A stretch of 64,000 bases of DNA, from the NCBI GenBank assembly GCA_022605425.2, contig JAKIMF020000004.1:496001-560000 (forward strand), given 5' to 3'. Shown piece by piece: positions 22,383 through 36,454 of the stretch. Below the pieces are notes generated by a model. That model made no database searches, was not told the origin of the DNA, and was given only the letters and a program-made list of their open reading frames with translations. The DNA comes from Hamiltosporidium tvaerminnensis FI-OER-3-3 (taxonomy: Eukaryota; Fungi; Microsporidia). Position 1 is the stretch's first letter, and each line of letters opens with the position of its first letter. A program made the position numbers and the translations under genes.

Positions 22383-24113
22383 TTTGATAAATTAAAAAAT
22401 AAATAGTAAATTATAATATTAGGAAATTAAGAAATTATGGAAATTAGGAAATGAAATTAAAAACGGTTTGGCAGTAAAATCACTTTGATAAATTAAATAA
22501 TAAATTAGGAAATTATTGGAAAAAAGTAAATTTAGATAGGAACTACCCAATAAATTTATATATTTAATATTCAAAGATATAAATTTTAAAATAAATTGAA
22601 ATTAGAAAGTAAATGTCTGAAAATCTGTATTTTTGATAAATTAAAATGAATAATAAAAGATTTAATTAAATTTTTAATTAAAGAGGAACATTTTTTCAAA
22701 TTTTAAATTAAAAACAAATATGTTTGTTTTTATACAATGATGCTATCGTGAAGTACTTAATATTTTAAAACTGCAGAAAAAAATTGTAGAAAAATTAAAT
22801 GAAATAATGTCTTCAGTTAGTTTTTAAAAAAAGAAGATAATAATTTTAAAGAATTGTTTAAAAGTTACTTTATATGTAGATATATCACAAATTTAGGAAT
22901 ATATTTAGAAGAAATATCAGTAAACATATTCTTTGAAATTTTTGACATTGATATGGTTATATGACATTTAAATTATACCTATCATTTGTATTTTCAAAAT
23001 AAATTAAAACTGAATATCAAATCCTTAGAACAAATTGAAGACAAAAAGTGAAACAAATGGTTCTTTGTTAAATATTTGTTGAGGAATACACTAATCTTGA
23101 TTGTCTGGATTGATTTACAATAGTGCTTATACTATCCAAGACTCACCATATTTTTCATAAACCGGCAACTGGTAAAGAGATACTTAGGTTTATGATGAAA
23201 GAAAAATATAGAAAATGAAATTTTTTTTATACTTTCCTAAAATTTCTATAACTAGCTCGTAGACAAAAATAATATGGAATATTCGAAAAAAAAAAGATGT
23301 TTAATAATATTTTCAAGTTGAATATTTAAAATCCAAAAAAAATGATTTTTCAGATGCTTTAGTTAAGAAAATAAGTCAAAGGATGTTTTTGTTCCAGAAA
23401 ATCGGATTTTATGGAAATATAAAGTTGTTATACTGAAGTAATTGTATGTTTGAGTTATTTAAGCTCGAAATTATAATAAAATTTTAGGATATTTTATTTC
23501 AAAATATAGCAAATTTTGATGAAAGTTGGTTCTTTTCTACGAATTGAAACAAAAAAAATGAATCGCCCAAATTAAAATAACATTTACTATTCTTTGTTAA
23601 AAATACATTTCACTTCATGTTTCATATAATTTATGAGTTTTAAAATTATATTGTTTGGCTTCAATTTTGAAAAGCTGCTGGAATTGATGGTATCTAATTT
23701 TTCCATCGCGAAAATTGCTAATATGCGTATTCGTTTATTTGCGAAAGTAATAGGCTACGAAAGAATAAATCTATTGTTTGGATCTTCATCGTGTCATGGA
23801 TCAGATTCTCAAAAGACGACTCACAACAAAGTTTTGCGTGGATATCAATTACTTTTATAAGTTGATACTCATTAAAACAGAAGTCAGCTTAAGTAAAATG
23901 TAAAAAGATCTCTGTTTGGAAAAATCAGCCCAAAGTAAAAGGTATCTAAAAGTTCAAAGAGAATGCAACGTTGGATTTTTCTCCTATTAAAAAATATAGA
24001 AACAACCAGGAATTGAGATCAGTTATAAAAAATCTAGGATTCTAAAAATACTAAAAAAACTCTCTGTTCAAATTCTAATTTAAATCGATTAAATATATCG
24101 AAATATTAATCTA

Positions 24114-24802
24114 TTGTGGAAAGAAAACACATCTGAAATTTTTTACTTTGTAATGGTTTAATGACATTTGTGGGAAAATTATTGTTTAAATTTTTGTTGG
24201 GATAAGATCCACATCTAATTTTTAGTGTTACCTGGCAATTTGTGTAAAGCACATATCTCAAAATGGCGAAATATTTATAAAGCTTAGATTTTAGTTTTTA
24301 ATATAACTAGATCGGAACTTATGGAAAATACATTGTAAAGTATGTAAAATTTACCTGGTATACTCGATTAGAAGACTTGGCGCTCGTGAATCCAAAATAT
24401 CTACTTTTAAAAATTCAAGAATTTAAAGTAACAGGCTATGCTTGTTGATTTCAAATAACAATATACGATTGACTCTGTATGGCTCTATGAGAAATGTTTT
24501 AACGGAAGTCTTTCGGCCCGAAAGCTTAGGGTAAGCCGAAATGCTGCTGACATTGTTATCCCAAACTTGGATTCTACCCGAAATCACTCACTAAGCAAAG
24601 ATCATTTAAGAACCTAAAGCAACTTCTTCACTTATTAAAAAAGTTTTATAATCTTTCGATGAAATACATTGCGATGTATGTATCGAAAAATCACTGACAG
24701 TGTGTTGAGATTCATTTATCTATTTTAAACCTTGAACTTCGTTAATGTCATGAAGAATATAACATTTGCAACTGTTTTAAAAAGATGTGATGTTTTTTAA
24801 AA
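24114..24802 (+). mobile_element. Old SINE-like element (cassette 2 copy)
   Basis: Duplicate of 5492-6180. Confidence 0.7.
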
Positions 24803-25641
24803 GAGTTTATAATTAAAATATAGGTAGGCAGTGGTTTTAACATATCTCTTTTTGTGCTATATTTATCCTTATTAAATTTTCTTCTGTCATGATTTGTTTT
24901 TAACAATTAAATAATCGAATTTGTTTGCTTAAAAGATTAAATAATGTGTTTTAAGCATTGATACAAATAATTTCCACATATTTTTTTCGTATTATCAATT
25001 AAATTTAACTACTTATAAAGTAAATTTTTATTTCTACATATTTCTTTCTTATATAGACATGTAATTTTTCGTTATTGTACATAACAAAATATGCTTATTC
25101 AATCAAATTTGAAAGCTGCTTATCATGAATTAATTGTAAAAAATAGATTTCAAGATTAGATAAACTGCCTTGATTTTTTTAACTAAAACTTTGTATTATT
25201 TATTCTGAATTTGAAAGATTTTCTAATGAACCTATATTAAACATTAGTTGAGTCGAGAAGCTCAACGACTATAAAAATGCCATGAAAATCAAGATTTTTT
25301 GTCGAAATATATTGATAAAAACACAGACGTACAAAAATGTTTTAATATACGCGTAAATACCAGGATCTACGTGCTGCAAGGTAACCTATTCAAAAATACT
25401 ATCTAATCAGATAATTTCTAAATATTCAAATTTTTTAGGCCGAATTATGTTTTGAATTCTTTAAAAATTTATACTATTCCATTTGTGTGCAGCGTAAACC
25501 CTATGTTATATATGCCACAGGAAAAAGTATATGATTTATAAAAATATTTGATATATTAAATTAAAGTTTTTTAGGTCTTTAAAATTATAATTAAAATTAA
25601 ATTGGAAATGATATATTTTATGAATTTATTTGTAAATTTTT

Positions 25642-26514
25642 CTAATCTAAAAATGAAATGCCATCATAAATTCCATCAGCAATATGAAATCCAAGTATCT
25701 CCGAAGTAGATAATGATGTGATATCACCTTGATCATGCGATTGCTGCACCTTTTTAAGTATAGTTTCATCCAAAGTTTCTACTACGATGGTATCATAAGG
25801 GGCAATTTTTGGATTTTTTCTTTTTAAGCCTTTACATGATATTTCATTGTCTGTTGGAATATTGTGATTTATTACACATGGCTTGTTAATTTTAACAGTT
25901 TTTTTACTTTGGACCTTGTTTTTTGTGGCTGAAGTATTATTTTTAGCAGATGTTTTATCTGTTTTGTTTGGACGAATAATTTCCGGTTGATTGTTGGTAT
26001 CTTGTGCCTCCAGTTCATTTATTCCAGCTTCCATATTATCGTGACTAATCTCCGTAAATCCAAAAAAGGCTCCAATATCTTTAAAACATATATTTTTTCT
26101 TAATGTAGTAATAGTCTTTTCAGAAAATATATGTATACCATACAATGATATAGCAAATAATCTATAACTCTTTTGCCATTTTGAATAGCCGGTGGGTATT
26201 CTTTTGTATTCTATGCCGCCATATACACATATAGGAAGCAAACACGAATTATATATCATCACAATGATTTTTTTTAAAAATTGTGCAAGTTTACATGTAA
26301 TTTTATAATACAAGTGAATAAGATAAAATATAGACTTAATAGTTCTCGTCCATGATTTTTCTAAAATGAATTTGACTATCTTTATCACCTTTGATATGAC
26401 ACCATACACAATAGCCATTTTTAAAACATAGACAATCATTTTAAATCCTACAAGAAGAATTGTGCTAATGAGCAAAATCAGGTTTTTCCTCAACCATGTG
26501 CTAGAAATATTCAT
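25642..26514 (-). CDS. Hypothetical protein family A (copy 2)
   Basis: 290-aa ORF near-identical to 7023-7895. Confidence 0.85.
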   Translation of the reverse strand: MNISSTWLRKNLILLISTILLVGFKMIVYVLKMAIVYGVISKVIKIVKFILEKSWTRTIKSIFYLIHLYYKITCKLAQFLKKIIVMIYNSCLLPICVYGGIEYKRIPTGYSKWQKSYRLFAISLYGIHIFSEKTITTLRKNICFKDIGAFFGFTEISHDNMEAGINELEAQDTNNQPEIIRPNKTDKTSAKNNTSATKNKVQSKKTVKINKPCVINHNIPTDNEISCKGLKRKNPKIAPYDTIVVETLDETILKKVQQSHDQGDITSLSTSEILGFHIADGIYDGISFLD

Positions 26515-28620
26515 TGTTTTGTTATTGTGTTTTTTTATTTATAGACAAAAATATAAACAAATTTCAATGAAACAATTATGTCTTATCTCTAAATATGTAT
26601 CAAATAGATAAACTTAAACAAAAAAAATCAAGGATTATTTATACTTTACTGATAAATCAATCAAAAATTATGAAATTTCAATCAAAACCATACAAAATTT
26701 GTCATAAAAAATGAAATTTATTAAAATTGGTGTATACTAGATTTTACGTCATTAATTTAGATTATCTATAAAAAATTTATAGTTTAAATTCACGTGACAA
26801 CATATTGCATCATCTAATATTATGTTTTTTTATTAATTCTATTTATGTATTACCAAAATGTATCATATAACATTTTTGTCTCTGAAAGATCAAATCATTT
26901 TTTTCATAGAATTTAAATCTCAAAAAGGACCATTTAATCTGTTTACATGTTCTCATAGAGCTAAACAATAGTAATTTAAATTTAAATACTTTATTTTGCA
27001 AATATATAAGAAGGAATATAAATTTTAAACATATATTTACTCAAGCAAAGCTTTTGATTTTTTTGCGGTTTAAGGCTGCATTCGGATATGATATTAAGGA
27101 ATGGGTTTTGCTTATTAGGTTTTTATCTAGGAATATTTAATTATTTAAATCTACAGAACATTTTGCTTGGAACAATATTCTAGAACAATACAAATCACGA
27201 TCACATTATCAATTGATGGGGGAAAATAAAAAACTTTATCATTAAAATTTCTTAAAAAATACTTTTTAGATTTTTCACATATAAAATTTGAAACCAAAAT
27301 TTATTTCAAATTATTTAGAATAGTAGCATTTCCTCGAATTTTGAATTTTAATACACATTTTTTGTTCTGAAATACAAATCTTACTATAAATGTATGACTA
27401 TGTATTCTTAAAAGAGATAAATTTTTATAATGCGATGGTCTAAACTGTGATTTCTTTCATTTTTCTTGAATTATTGAAATTACTTTAATAGAAAAAAAAT
27501 TATACGTCCTTTCAATATTAGATATGACGAGCTAACGATTGTATAACACAATTATTCATAACATAAAACAAAGAATATTATTTAATTTCCCCGATGCTTA
27601 TAAATTTGTCTGGTCGATTCCAGAATAATTAAAACAAAAAAAATGTTCGTTCTAAATTTATAAGATATCTAAATTTATATTTAGATAATCTATTCAGACA
27701 GTATATTTATAACCCGAAAGACTAAATTCATAATTTTGGATGTAAGATTGATAATATTTACTAATTTAAAAGTTCTAATAATTTGTTCTGATTCGAACCT
27801 TATTTACTAATTTAAATTTTTTGAAAATAATATATATACATTCAGTATCTTAAGATCTAGATTTGGATTCGGCATTACAAAACTATGGACTGTGAGCCAA
27901 ATCGAACCGTCATGAATTTTTTTGTACAGTAGATGTTTTAAAAAGGAAAATAAAATAAAAAAATATAAATAAATATACAAAAAAGTTCACAGCGTGAATA
28001 ATTTTTATTATGAATTTGTAATACAATAAAGATATTTGGTTTTCAAGATTTTTTCAAACCTCTATCATATTTCTTATTAATTATTGATTTAATCAAAGAA
28101 TCTTATCAGTAATTCCTTAAAAACGTAAGTCTAATTGACGTTTAAAATTTTTCATAAACTTCTTCGGTGGCTTATCTGTAAAATTTGGATCTGTTTTTTT
28201 TGTGCATTCCATTTTGGAAGTTGTTTTTTCATGCAGTAGGCAAAGCCAAAAGCGGAAACAAACCTTTGAGCAAATTATGAACGTGATGGCGTTGCGTGGC
28301 TGAAAAACTCTTATAAAAATTTGGTATTTAATTTTGATATTTTTATTTGAAAATGTTGTAAAGATTACATTATAATTTAACTGAACATATGTATGAACGT
28401 TTTAGATTTCAGCCAAAATATTAATAATAAATATCGAGGTTATTCCAAAATCATTATCTATACCAAAATCAAATTTCAAGTAAAAAAAATAAATTTAATG
28501 GAATTAATTTTTTTCTGCAAACTTTCTAATTATTAGAGTTAGATTTTTTCGTTCATATTCATGTTTTGTATTTAAAAAATATATTATATTTTTAACCGAT
28601 AAAAATTTTTTAAAAATAAA

Positions 28621-29947
28621 ATGAATTGCGACAAATATGAAATTAGAAGGCTTTAAAAATTTATATTTTCAAGAAATTTACCATAAAATATGAATTGCAA
28701 TCAGAAACGATGCTTTTTAAAACGAGAAGGTGATATATAGATCGAAAATGGTAAAATAATTAAAACGGATATTAACTTTCATTAAAGAAGTTATAGCAGA
28801 TGTTGATAAAGAAGCATAAACCAATTTTTTGCTTCTATAAATTTTCCTGGCTACATTAATATTAAACGAATGCATCAAGAAATCATAAGAAAATACTGCT
28901 GGTTTAAGCGAGAGAAAATAGAACTATTCGTTAAAACATGCCAAGATTGCCAGTATTATCAGACTTTAAGCGAAATGATGCAATTTGAACGATACCTCTA
29001 AATTATCCATGAGAAAGAATTCAGATGGATCTTGTTGATATGCGGAAATATTCAATGGATAATGATGGGGTTGGATAGATCTTACACACTTTAGATGCAC
29101 ACTCTAAATTTTTATTTGGGGCACCATTGCAAAAAAAATCAGGAGTGGTGTTGCAAATACGCTGAGAAATCTTATTTAATTCGAAAGTGCGCCTAATATA
29201 ATACAAACAGATAACGAATAGAAGTTTGTGTGTAACGAAATACAAATATATGTTGATCACAACATTTCTTTTATAACTGGAAGTGCAAAGTACATACAAA
29301 ATCAAGGGAAAAAGAGAAATGCAACTAGACAATTATATGCAAACCTGATATAAATTTAAGAACATCTAGCCGAAAAAGATGGATTGATTTAAGTAAGAAA
29401 TTTGTTCGTAGCTACAATCAGATTAGAGCAGGGCAATAAACATGACCCCAATGGCAGCAAGTATAGGTCTTATAGGCAAAAAATCTTATTACGAGGAAGA
29501 TGCAATTCATAAAAAATATTTTTCAAGCTATGAATTGAAGAAATATCTTGAAAATACAGATCTAAACATAAAAAGTCTCGTTATGAAGATAAAGTATATA
29601 TCGAGGATAAAATATCTAATAAAATCGATATTATTCGAATGATCTCGCTAAAAATTGAGACTTATATGTATCTCGATGAAAAATGATGCGGATGTACACT
29701 TCTCTTGCTTAAAATTTACTTCTTGTGATGTGGCTCTACTAAAGAGAGATTTCGATAACAATCAAAAGACTAAAAAAAGCAAAATTATTAACTTATATGA
29801 AGAGAGGTTCTAAAAAGTTGTTCTCAGAAGTAGCGGCGATAAATTTTTATACAGTGTGACGACAAGCAGAAAATTATTTGCAAAAATCGAATTAAGAAGT
29901 ATCATGAAAATGAATTATCTCATCTTCACAAAAACACGAATGATTAA
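28621..29947 (+). pseudogene. Decayed rve integrase (copy 2)
   Basis: Duplicate of 9952-11280. Confidence 0.8.
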
Positions 29948-30638
29948 ATTCCGCTTCTGAATATCTACAGTTTGTTTCTTTTAAAGTAACATTTTTCCAT
30001 TATTTTTCATTTTAACTTCTTAATGATTGTTTTTTTGTTTTCTACTTCCTTGCATTTCTTAAAGTAAAAAAAATATAAGAATATAAGAGAAATATTAAAT
30101 GATGATAAAATGGCTTAAAAAGGAATTGGAGTGATTAAAGTAATTTTTTTATAAATTGAAATCATAAAATGTTTTTAGAGCTTTATCTGAAATTTCTTTT
30201 ATGGATGTAGAATCGGTTTGAAATAAACATGAAAAAGTACTTTTCAATATGTTGGTTTAAAGGCTAATGGGTTCATGACCCTCTAGACTTTTTATAGAAC
30301 TAAATAAAGCTTACTGAATAAAAAGTTTTGTGGCTCTTAGTGTAAACGCTATTTTAAATTTTAGATCAAATATCATTATATCCTAGAGAACAATTTCGGC
30401 TGTTTCGAAATAATCTAGATACTAATTATGAATTTTTGGCATATTAAGTTTCATATTTTTCGAAACTAGATTAATACACAGAAAATTTTATTGGTTTGTT
30501 TTATAATAAATTATTTTCATAATTTTGATAACATTTACTAATTTATTTGATATCAAAGATAAGGGGAATATGTTCAAATCTAATTTGTTCTCTATTTTCA
30601 GAAAAATATAATAGACGGAAATAATAGTAGTAACAAAA

Positions 30639-31538
30639 ATGCGCATCGACAATATAATAATCTTGATTTTTTTTACTATTCCATTTGAAGTTTTAAAATC
30701 AAATTTATACTTGATAAATATCGGCATTAAATACAATTTGATTACGAAAATTATGAAATTTATAGACATTTTTCTCTGTTATATTTTGAATCCAGTTGTA
30801 AAAGTAATAATATTTGCCGTCCGTATATACTGTTTTTTTATATTACAAACTAAGGAAATAATTAAGCTTATCATCCTGTTTTTGTATAAAAAATATTTGC
30901 TGCCTATTTTTGTTCTGGGAGGTCTCGAATGTAGAAATAGATCCATTAGTTATTCACTTTGGCAAAGATATTATAAAATATTTGCTATGACAACATATAA
31001 AATACATATATTTATTGAAAATTTTGTATTCCAAATTCGAAGAAATATATGTTTTAAAGACATATGTACATATCTTGGATTTCCAATCAATTTAGAATCT
31101 GTTGATATGGTTGCAGAATTAGAAAGACCTAGCGTAATTCAGGATGTTGAGACTAAGGGCATTTTAAAGTCTACAACCAGTGTCGAAAAGGAAAACTCTG
31201 ATATTTATAATGAAGCAAATGATATTCCTAAAAAAAATTACAACGCAATATTGGAAAATCAAAAACAGATACAGAAAACTGTAAAAATCGAAGAAATTAC
31301 AATAAATAATAATGAAATCGCAGATAAAGAAATAAAATTTAGTAGCAGGCCAAACGAAAAAATATCAACAGTGCCGCTTCTTACTGTACACGATTTGAAC
31401 AGTTCGAATGTTAACACATTAAAAAAAATACAAGCTGCTCGAAATAGAGGGGATATAACATCCATGTCAACATCTGAAATACTTGCGTTCAACATCGTCG
31501 ATGGTATTTATGACGGTGTTTCTTTTTTAGACGAATAA
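30639..31538 (+). CDS. Hypothetical protein family B (copy 2)
   Basis: 299-aa ORF near-identical to 11971-12870. Confidence 0.85.
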   Translation: MRIDNIIILIFFTIPFEVLKSNLYLINIGIKYNLITKIMKFIDIFLCYILNPVVKVIIFAVRIYCFFILQTKEIIKLIILFLYKKYLLPIFVLGGLECRNRSISYSLWQRYYKIFAMTTYKIHIFIENFVFQIRRNICFKDICTYLGFPINLESVDMVAELERPSVIQDVETKGILKSTTSVEKENSDIYNEANDIPKKNYNAILENQKQIQKTVKIEEITINNNEIADKEIKFSSRPNEKISTVPLLTVHDLNSSNVNTLKKIQAARNRGDITSMSTSEILAFNIVDGIYDGVSFLDE

Positions 31539-32308
31539 ATTATAAATTTTTTGTCATTTATTTTTAAATTAAATTACAAAAGAATCAAAAATAATAATAA
31601 CATTTTATAATTAATTTTTTTTGTTTTTTGTTTAATAATTTATGTTCAAATACAAAAATATAAATAGCGAATTCGAAGTTTAATTTTATACAATCTTTTA
31701 ACAAGGGAATACTTATTTGAAGAAGTCAAAGAATTTATGAAAAGCAAAAAAATAGTACTACTAAAACATAGAATTTTAAATAATAAAAGTAGTTTTGTAA
31801 ACCAAATAAAACAATCCGTTTACATTGGTGTTTGTATGCTAAATCAAATTTTTCTCTCCAATAAATCACTTTTAAACTCAAGAAATATAATTTATAAATG
31901 AGTATTAAAACATTGGTTTTTTTATTTAATTACCGTTTCTGTAAAATAAGAAAAGAGTGTATTATGTTCTATTATGAATAAGCTTATTTTCAATGGGAAA
32001 ATTTATAACAATATTATTAAAATGCTAAAAATACTTGTTAGTCTCTTTTCTATACGCTTTATAAATCACTATATCAATTTATTCTATATTTGGCACAAAA
32101 CTGGACTTTTCATTAGTAACTTCTGACTTTGAATATATCATTGGAATTTTTAGATTCTGTATTTATTTATTATTTGGAATCTTTTTTTGGCCAAATATTT
32201 TATGAAAGAGAGAGTAAAACTTAGTATGTTTTTCTATATTTTGCCTGCTTCGAATCTACATTTAGTAATATCAAAGAAGTTAGTTATATGTTTATATTTG
32301 CTGTTCTA

Positions 32309-33430
32309 AATTAGAAGAAATGATATGCAAGATTTTAAGCAACCATCAACTCTATCAAGCCTATATAGTTATTTATATTTCACTTCGTAAGTTTTTTCTT
32401 ACAATATTATGCAATCATATCATCCCGAGATTTGATTAAACAAGAGTTCTACTTCAAAATTTATAGAAGAATCATAAAAACTTTAATTTCTTTGGTTTTA
32501 ATGTTTGAAATAATTAAGTAAAAATCAAAATAACAAAAAGGTGTCTTTCTAGAATTAACTTAACAATCCAAATATATATGATTTTGATTCTGGCTTTTTA
32601 AATCTGTTTTTTATTAGTTTCGTTTTTTCCGCATACTTTTTTTTGAAAAGCCAGGCACTGTGTGAACTTAATCGTTCTGCAAAAATTAAATTTTATTCAT
32701 TTTTTGGAGTGAAATGAACACAGAGAGCTTTTCGTTCCACCTTCTGTGCATATGGATGTATTTTTTTCAAATTTGGATGTCAAAATTTTATGACATTAAT
32801 TGATTTATTATTTTATTGAGATATTTTTTCTGATTTGTATAACACATTTCTGTTTTAGATTATTAAAATACTGCTTCATCTCATTCAAATTTTCAATGTC
32901 CTGTCGTATTTCAAAAAGCTTTAATATTACGCTGGTCAATGGAATTTGCCTTTATTTATCTTTGAATGTAATTTTTGATTGTCTATTTCGTCATATAAAT
33001 TGTTTATTTAAGAGTTTTAAATTTGATCTAATAAAAATCTCTAATATAATATATTTGACCAGTTTAACGTTTATTATTGAAGCTAGATATCCTTATTACT
33101 ATTAATTATTTTTAAGGTTGTCTTTTTAAGTCGAAATTCAACACATTCTTCCAAAAATGTAAGAATCAAGACTTTAGGTCGACTTTTAAGGCAAAAATAC
33201 AGCAGTTTATTTCCAGATTCTGTTCTATCTAAGCTTTATTCGTTGTTATACAAGTGATTTTCTTAATTATAAAAAAAATGCATTTCTTAATGACATTCCA
33301 GCAACTTTCTTAGCTACATCTAAAAAAATCAGAAGTTTTTTTATTACACACTCTATAATCTTTTGAAGTATGGAGATTTATTGATTTAGAAAACAAGTTT
33401 AAAAATTATAGCAAGAATATTCGGAATATT
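32309..33430 (-). mobile_element. Ancient LINE 3' fragment (cassette 2 copy)
   Basis: Duplicate of 13640-14760. Confidence 0.75.
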
Positions 33431-33841
33431 TTCTCGAAAAAAACACGACTAAGGCAATATTGTTTTAAATTAAAAATCATAAAAAATTTTCTTCTACAAA
33501 AGAGACAATTTGATAGAAATATCAAATGTAAATAAAATTTAAAACAATTCTACCTAACAATTTTCTTTCTAAAAAAGAGAGCAACCGTATTTCAGCTCAT
33601 CAAAATATTAAAAAAGATAATTTAATTAGAAATACGAGAATAATTGCGTAAATTTAGAAAATAGTACCGAAGAAATCGATTCTAGATTCTACATCTTAAG
33701 AATTAATTAAAATTAAAATATTTAAAATATATTATATTTAATCAAAATAATAAAATTAAAACTGATTGAAATGAATAATTAGAATATTTAAATAATTGTT
33801 TAATATTCAACTATTGAGATATAATTATAGAAATAGAATAT

Positions 33842-36235
33842 TTATATAACAATTTGGTAATTGTCTCTTTCTTTTTTTATCAAATATCCTTGATGGTTTA
33901 ATAATTCTATAATCTCCTGTGAGCTTTTTTTCATTTCGAAATTGTTCAATTCATTTATTAATTCCATATAACTTAAAACGGTTTTTTTTGTATTAATTGC
34001 TAGATTTTTTAGATGCGTTATAATATCTTTAACATTATTTCCTTTCTTTTTATTTGTATTTGTGGTATTTTTAGAAGAAAAATTCATACTTTTTTTGTAA
34101 AAATTTACAATAAATTCTGCATCTTTTTGATTTGCAATCATTCTTAATTCTGTTTTAGCCTTCGCTTCTGTAAGTCGCATTAAAGCTTCCAAATGTCTTA
34201 TTCCGACATTTTCTTTGTTTCTTATACTCAAATAAAAAGTTTTTAAAATATTTTTTGCTTGTGTTGAAAGAATTGGATTTACGTATTCTCTAGCATAAGA
34301 AATATATTTAGAAATAAGTTCTTTTTGATACAACACTGTTTCTGTATTCATTTTTAGATTTTGTGTTATATCATTTCTTAATATTCCAATCATTTCAGAT
34401 ATTTTATTATCAGATCTTTCCGTTGAAATAGCTGAGGATGTTTTTTTTGAATCGTTATTAATGATGTATTTCGATAATTCTTGATTATAATTTTCATCTA
34501 AATTATCTTTTAAAACAAATATTAAATCAAATCTTGATAAAAGAGCTTCATTAAAATTTAGATTTTCTTTCAATGTTTTATTTTCTTTGAAAAATCCATA
34601 TTTTGGATTCGTAGCACTTATTATTGTTGTACGAGCCGGAACAGTACATATTACTCCTCCTTTGGCTATTGTAAAAGACTGTTGCTCCATTATTTCATAT
34701 AAAACTTTAAAATCATTTAATTTATCGAATTCATCAAGGCAACACACACTATTATCAGAAATTACCAAAGCACCTGCATCTACCACATATTCAGATGTAA
34801 TAGGATCATGTATCATGGAAACTGTCAGACCAGCACTTGTTGTAGAACTACCGCATATAAAAGTACTTTTTGGAAGAATTTCTGATGTCAAAGTTAAAAA
34901 TTTACTTTTTCCAAGTCCAGGTTCTCCTATCAATAACACATGTATTTCTTTTCTAATACAAGTATTTCCACAAAATTTTTTTGTACCTCCAAATAAACTC
35001 AAAACGATTCCAATTTTAATCAATTCATTTCCATAAATATTTTTAAATAAAGAATGTGCCAATGAACAAATTATATTTTTATTTCTCGAAATATCTTTAA
35101 AGACGTTGAAATCAGAATCTTTGGTTTCTTTTTTCAGATTTAAAATGTTTTTATTTTTCAATATTTTTAAATTATTTACGTAAATATTTAATTTATAAAG
35201 ACCGTTACTTTCTTTTTCTGCTTTAATTATTCCAATTACTGAAACTACATCTCCAGGAACTACCGTGTTTACTAAGTCATCAAATAAATAACAATCTGTC
35301 ATATTCAGTTTTTTTGTGTTTTCATAATCATTATTGATTTCTTTAAACCCGAAATCTTTATTTTTAAGTTCATTAGCACAATTCATATCAATTTTTTCTT
35401 TTGAATCTTCATTTGAATCATAATAATATTCACTACTATTCTCTTTATATTCTTCATCACACTTCAAATCAATACTTTGCTTTCTATTTTCATTTATTTC
35501 ATTAAATTCTTTGTTTTCGTTTATAGCAAATTTTTCTTTAGATTTTTCGTTTGTTTCTTTAAAATCCAAATCCAAATTTATTTCGCTATTTTCATCTGAA
35601 AAATCAAAAATATTTTCAAAATTACCACAATAATTCTGATAATTTGGTATTTCTTGAATTTTAATTTCTTGAAAATCTTTAATAAGCAGCTCGGGATGAT
35701 CATTTAAAAAGATAAATTTTTTAGATTTACATCCACCAACACATTTCTTTGGCGTTTTATACACATTAGACACAATTTTAATTTCAAGTATTTCTTTACA
35801 TTTCAAACATTCAAAAAATACTTTTTTAAAAATAAGTTTTTTACATCCAACACGACACACAGTACCTATAAGACTAACAAGATGCTCTACCTTACCAACT
35901 GATACACCAAAAGAAGAAACAATATTATAATTTGTTATACGAATACCAACATACATCTTAATATCATATTCGTTATAAATTATTTCTGAAACAGCACATG
36001 CAATACATTTTATTGTATTTTCTGGTTGCTCATAAATTTGATTTTTTGATATAATTTTTACTAAAAAACGCATGCTTATTTTGTAAATACCTCGCTCTTT
36101 TATTATAAGAATTTTGTTTGTTACATTATTTCTTAATGTTCGTATAAATTTAATGATTGTTTCATAATTTGTATTGAAAAATGTAAATTCATCTTTATCA
36201 AAATATAAATCCCAAGATGAAATGTGCGGATGCAT
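33842..36235 (-). CDS. MCM8: DNA helicase MCM8 (copy 2)
   Basis: Intact ORF with the same motifs; first ATG at 36235. Confidence 0.88.
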   Translation of the reverse strand: MHPHISSWDLYFDKDEFTFFNTNYETIIKFIRTLRNNVTNKILIIKERGIYKISMRFLVKIISKNQIYEQPENTIKCIACAVSEIIYNEYDIKMYVGIRITNYNIVSSFGVSVGKVEHLVSLIGTVCRVGCKKLIFKKVFFECLKCKEILEIKIVSNVYKTPKKCVGGCKSKKFIFLNDHPELLIKDFQEIKIQEIPNYQNYCGNFENIFDFSDENSEINLDLDFKETNEKSKEKFAINENKEFNEINENRKQSIDLKCDEEYKENSSEYYYDSNEDSKEKIDMNCANELKNKDFGFKEINNDYENTKKLNMTDCYLFDDLVNTVVPGDVVSVIGIIKAEKESNGLYKLNIYVNNLKILKNKNILNLKKETKDSDFNVFKDISRNKNIICSLAHSLFKNIYGNELIKIGIVLSLFGGTKKFCGNTCIRKEIHVLLIGEPGLGKSKFLTLTSEILPKSTFICGSSTTSAGLTVSMIHDPITSEYVVDAGALVISDNSVCCLDEFDKLNDFKVLYEIMEQQSFTIAKGGVICTVPARTTIISATNPKYGFFKENKTLKENLNFNEALLSRFDLIFVLKDNLDENYNQELSKYIINNDSKKTSSAISTERSDNKISEMIGILRNDITQNLKMNTETVLYQKELISKYISYAREYVNPILSTQAKNILKTFYLSIRNKENVGIRHLEALMRLTEAKAKTELRMIANQKDAEFIVNFYKKSMNFSSKNTTNTNKKKGNNVKDIITHLKNLAINTKKTVLSYMELINELNNFEMKKSSQEIIELLNHQGYLIKKERDNYQIVI

Positions 36236-36454
36236 TCTTTTATGCAAATCTAGGGTATATTTTTTTAAATGAAGTATTACTATTATTATGGTATGAAGAT
36301 TTAATTATGTTTGAAAATGTAGAATGAAAGTGTATTATTAAATGTTGTTTAAATGTTATTTAAATATTTTAATTTTTATTAAAAAAAATCTTTACTGATT
36401 CTTAAAAAATTTTTATTTATAAATATTTTAAGCAATTTAGATTGGATTTTTATT

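Larger units (their letters stand above)
22383..36454. repeat. Tandem segmental duplication, cassette copy 2
   Basis: Collinear with copies 1 and 3. Confidence 0.95.
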
